64,000 nt of DNA from Takakia lepidozioides. Lineage: Eukaryota; Plantae; Bryophyta. The notes beneath the pieces were generated by a model. That model saw only the letters and a program-made list of their open reading frames with translations, made no database searches and was not told where the DNA came from. Where the stretch lies: assembly GCA_030704615.1 (NCBI GenBank), contig CM060732.1:53878001-53942000 (forward strand), given 5' to 3'. This document shows, one piece after another, positions 60,491 through 64,000 of the stretch (position 1 is the first letter of the stretch; each line of letters starts with the position of its first letter). The position numbers and the translations under genes were made by a program.

Positions 60491-63400
60491 GTGAACACCT
60501 GTACTTCCTGCCCTGGCCATACACGCTCGGCTTAATGACAAGTGCTCCATACTCCGTTGGTATCACCGGCGCAGCCCGTGACTGTTTTTGTGTTTCAACG
60601 TGCAAATCGTGCTGCAATGGTTTGTCATGGATACCACTGTACCCCTTCAACTTATTGGCATTGACTCTTCCCAGCATTTCTTTGTTAATGGTTTGTAACA
60701 TGACGGTGTTATTATCATACATCTTCTGTATGACATAAGGTCCCTTCCATGGTGATTTAAGCTTAGAAGCTTTAATCTTTCCCTTCTTCTGCAATCACAG
60801 TACCAAATCTCCCGTCTTAAAAGTCTTTAATTTACCTTTATCAAACTGATCCTTCCTCTTCATCTGAATTCTGGTCATGTTATCCGCTGCATCAGCACGT
60901 ACTTCTTCCACATGGTATAATTCATGTTTCCTGACCTTAATTGAATCTTCCAATTCCATTCTCCTTCCCCATTCAGTTCTCATGGTAGGTAACAAGAATT
61001 CCACTGGAAGTAAAGCTTCCATACCATACACTAATTGGAATGGTGTATACTTAGTGGTGACTTTATATGAAGTCCTATATGACCACAAAGCTGTCAGCAG
61101 CTTTGTATCCCAATCTGTTCTGTTCGCATTGACTATCTTAGCCAAGATAGTACATAGTATTTTGTTGGTGGCTTCTGCCTGCCCATTACCCTGTGGGTAA
61201 TAGGTTGTACTCTTCATATGCACAATCATGAACTCTTTAGTCAATAGTTCTATGGTTTCATTAATGAAGTGACTTCCCTGGTCACTGATAAATTCCAGGG
61301 GACAGCCAAATCTTGTAAGTATGTTCTCATACAGGAACCTTGCTGTGGACTTAGCTGTGTTGTCCTTCAGAGCTTTAGCTTCCACCCACTTTGTAGTATA
61401 ATCAGTGGCTATGATTATATACTTGTTCTGTGTATTTCTGGCTGGTGGGTTAATTGGTCCAACAAAGTCTAGTCCCCATTTCTGAAATGGCTCAGTAGAC
61501 ATCGTAGGATGCAAAGCCATCTTCCCAGATCTCTGCAATGGTCCTAGCCTCTAACACTCATCACAACTCTTGCAATACTTGTGTACATCCTTGAACAATG
61601 TAGGCCACCAGTAACCTGCAAGTAGTATTTTTCTACTGGTAGTCTCTTCTCCAAAATGACCTCCAGCCACTTCTTTATGAACTTCCTCCAAAACTTTTTT
61701 GACTTCATGGTGGTACAAGCATCGTTTAAGTACTCCATCAGGTCCTAGCTTATACATTCTGCCCCCTATCATAGTGTAAGGTAAAGCCTTGATATTTATT
61801 CTCTTCCTCTGCTCCTTCCCATAACTAGGTGGGCACTGACCATGAGTAAGGTAGTAACTGATTGACCACTGCCAATCTAACCAATCATCTGCACTTCCCT
61901 GCACCTCCACTGCAAATAAACTCGCATCAGGTAGTTGGTCGTCTACTCCCGTGGCGGGCTCTCCTGTTGCTAGGCGTGACAAGTGATCTGCCACAAGATG
62001 CAAATGGCCAGGCTTGTAAACAACTTCGAACTCAAACTCGTGCAAGATTATTAACCATCTTGCTATCCTGCCACTTATCAAAGACTTGTTCACCAGATTA
62101 ATCAGAGCCCGATGATCCACATAAAACATAAACTTCCTTCCCAATAGGTAATGCCTGAATTTCTTGACTGCATAAATCATTGCCAATGCTTCTCTTTCAG
62201 TTGTGCTATAGTTCTTTTCAGCACTGTTCATCAACCTGCTAGCATAGTACACGGGTGAATCTATGTTTCCTGTAAAATTTGGGCTAACACTGCTCCCAAT
62301 GCTTCTCCTAACAGTGAACATGAAATACTACATGCCAGTGAGGGTTAATCAGCACAGGTGTAGTTGTTACTGACAATGTAAGTTCCTCAAAAGCCTGTTG
62401 ACATTCAGCTGTCCATGCAAACACTGCATCTTTCTTTAGAAGCTTGCTCAATGGTGCTGCTATCTGTGCATACCGTCTGACAAATCTTCTGTAATAACTG
62501 GTTTGTCCAAGGAATCTCCTTAGACTCTTAACATTTCCTGGTGGCGGAGAGGCTTTAATGGCCTCTGTCTTTCTGGGATCCACAAGAAGTCCCCTCTTAC
62601 ACACAATGTGTCCCAAAAGTACCCCTGAGTTCACACAGAAAGTACACTTCTCTGGATTCAGGCCAGACCTCTCATCCTGCATCTGGCCAAACATAACTCA
62701 AATTTATGCAAGTGCTCATTCTTAGAGCTGTACACACTGAAATCATCCAAGAACACCTGCATAAAATCATCCAGATACTCATGGAAAGATTCACTTATCA
62801 CTCTCTGAAAAGTTGCTGGTGCATTACAAAGTCCAAAAGGCATGACTTTGTATGCATAAGCACCCCAGTCTGTGATGAAAGCTGTCTTTTCCTGGTCTTC
62901 TTCTGCCACTTGCACTTGGTTATACCCACTGAAGCCATCCATGATTGAGTACATCTCATGGCCTGCCACAGTGTCCAGTACCGCTTCTGTGAATGGCAAA
63001 GGGAAAGGATCTTTCTTTGTACAAGCATTCAACTTCTTATAGTTCACACAAACTCTCAGTTTACCATTCTTCTTGGGAACTATCACAATGGGTGACAACC
63101 AAGTTGTATACTCTATCGGGTATATAAACTTAGCCTCAGCCAACTTCTTGATCTCTTCCCCAACCTTCTGTGCATAGTTGGGATTCATTCGGTACCTTGC
63201 TTGTTTGATTGGTACTGACCCTGGTTCCAGTTCAATCTTATGCTGACAGATCTCAGGTGGTATCCCTTTCAAATCCTCATAGCTCCAAGCAAATACATCT
63301 TTGTATTTGATGAACAGAATTCTGGCTCCAAGTCAGCCCCTACTTTCATCATTCTCGGTTCCTCCTCAGTTCCCACATTCACTTCTCTCACCTGCTCATC

Positions 63401-64000
63401 AGCTGTGATTGTCCAACCAGTCACTACTTCATCCTGCAAACTCACAGTGACTGGTTCTTCTAGGATTCCATTTCTCCCTCTCTTTCTTCATAGAAATGTG
63501 GTGGATAACTGCTTGTTTCACCCTCAATTGGTGTTGCTGTCACCACACCATAGCAAAATACCATTTAAACAACTTAGGCCCTCCAGTTGCATTTCTGCAA
63601 CCTGCTCCCATTCTGGGTGTGCAGCGAACAGGGTAGCTTCCTGCTCCTCATCAAGTCCCCTCCTCCAGTCATACTCTCTAACTCCCCGAGGTCTTCTCAT
63701 AGCAGGTAGTCTACTAGATTTCTTTGTGGTTTTTATCTTGTGCTTCCCATCATGCACAGTTAGTAACTGGGAATTCCAATCATGGAATACCCTGGCCTAT
63801 TTCAGCCATGGTTGACCCAACAATAAGGAGTAAGCTTCCATGACATCATCCATTTTCAACACAGTCACTGTGATCTTAAAGATCGTCTTTTGAATCTATA
63901 TCTTAACTCCTCTTATCCAACCTAATGGCTGAACACTTCTTTGATCTGCCATTGTTACTGTGAATGGGGTTGGTTTCATGTTACTTAGACCAAGCTTCTG

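Larger units (their letters stand above)
56790..64000 (-). mobile_element. Non-chromovirus Ty3/gypsy retrotransposon (Athila/Phygy-like), pol disrupted, extra 3' ORFs, 3' LTR missing; continues beyond the window
   Basis: Protease (MADQR...LLLGQPWL), RT (MPFGLCNAPATFQR, FLDD), RNase H (NYSTTEREALA), integrase (GGHF...CDEC, WGLDFVGP, SDQG, GQAE), GPY. Confidence 0.93.

Overview
Eukaryotic nuclear DNA from a non-seed land plant (moss-like, judged from the PPR, transposase and retroelement types; species not determinable). Host genes: two paralogous mitochondrial ADP/ATP carriers (193-1244 partial, 23724-25367), CRD1/CHL27 cyclase (29589-31606), a DeSI/PPPDE peptidase (33294-34904), an intronless PLS-E-DYW RNA-editing PPR gene (42620-45250), an At4g24090-like gene cut off by a 500-N gap, and an intronless casein kinase 1 pseudogene. 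Much of the rest is transposon DNA with readable ends: an 11.8-kb hAT (TIRs, 8-bp TSD) containing a full-length chromovirus LTR element (5-bp TSD), a second hAT relic, a CACTA end, a hAT MITE, a tRNA-derived SINE family, a degenerate RTEX-like LINE with three short tail copies, tandem DUF659-type hAT fragments with a hairpin array, and a non-chromovirus Ty3/gypsy element. Most unusual observations: a TTAA-flanked, CCCC-ended piggyBac-like MITE upstream of a carrier gene; a Ty3/gypsy integrase extended by a 10-bp-repeat linker and a CCHC knuckle, followed by an intact 720-aa extra ORF; a duplicated carrier diverging in its core rather than its presequence; and an ~85-bp element at matching positions downstream of two unrelated neighbouring genes. 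All counts and identities are by eye.
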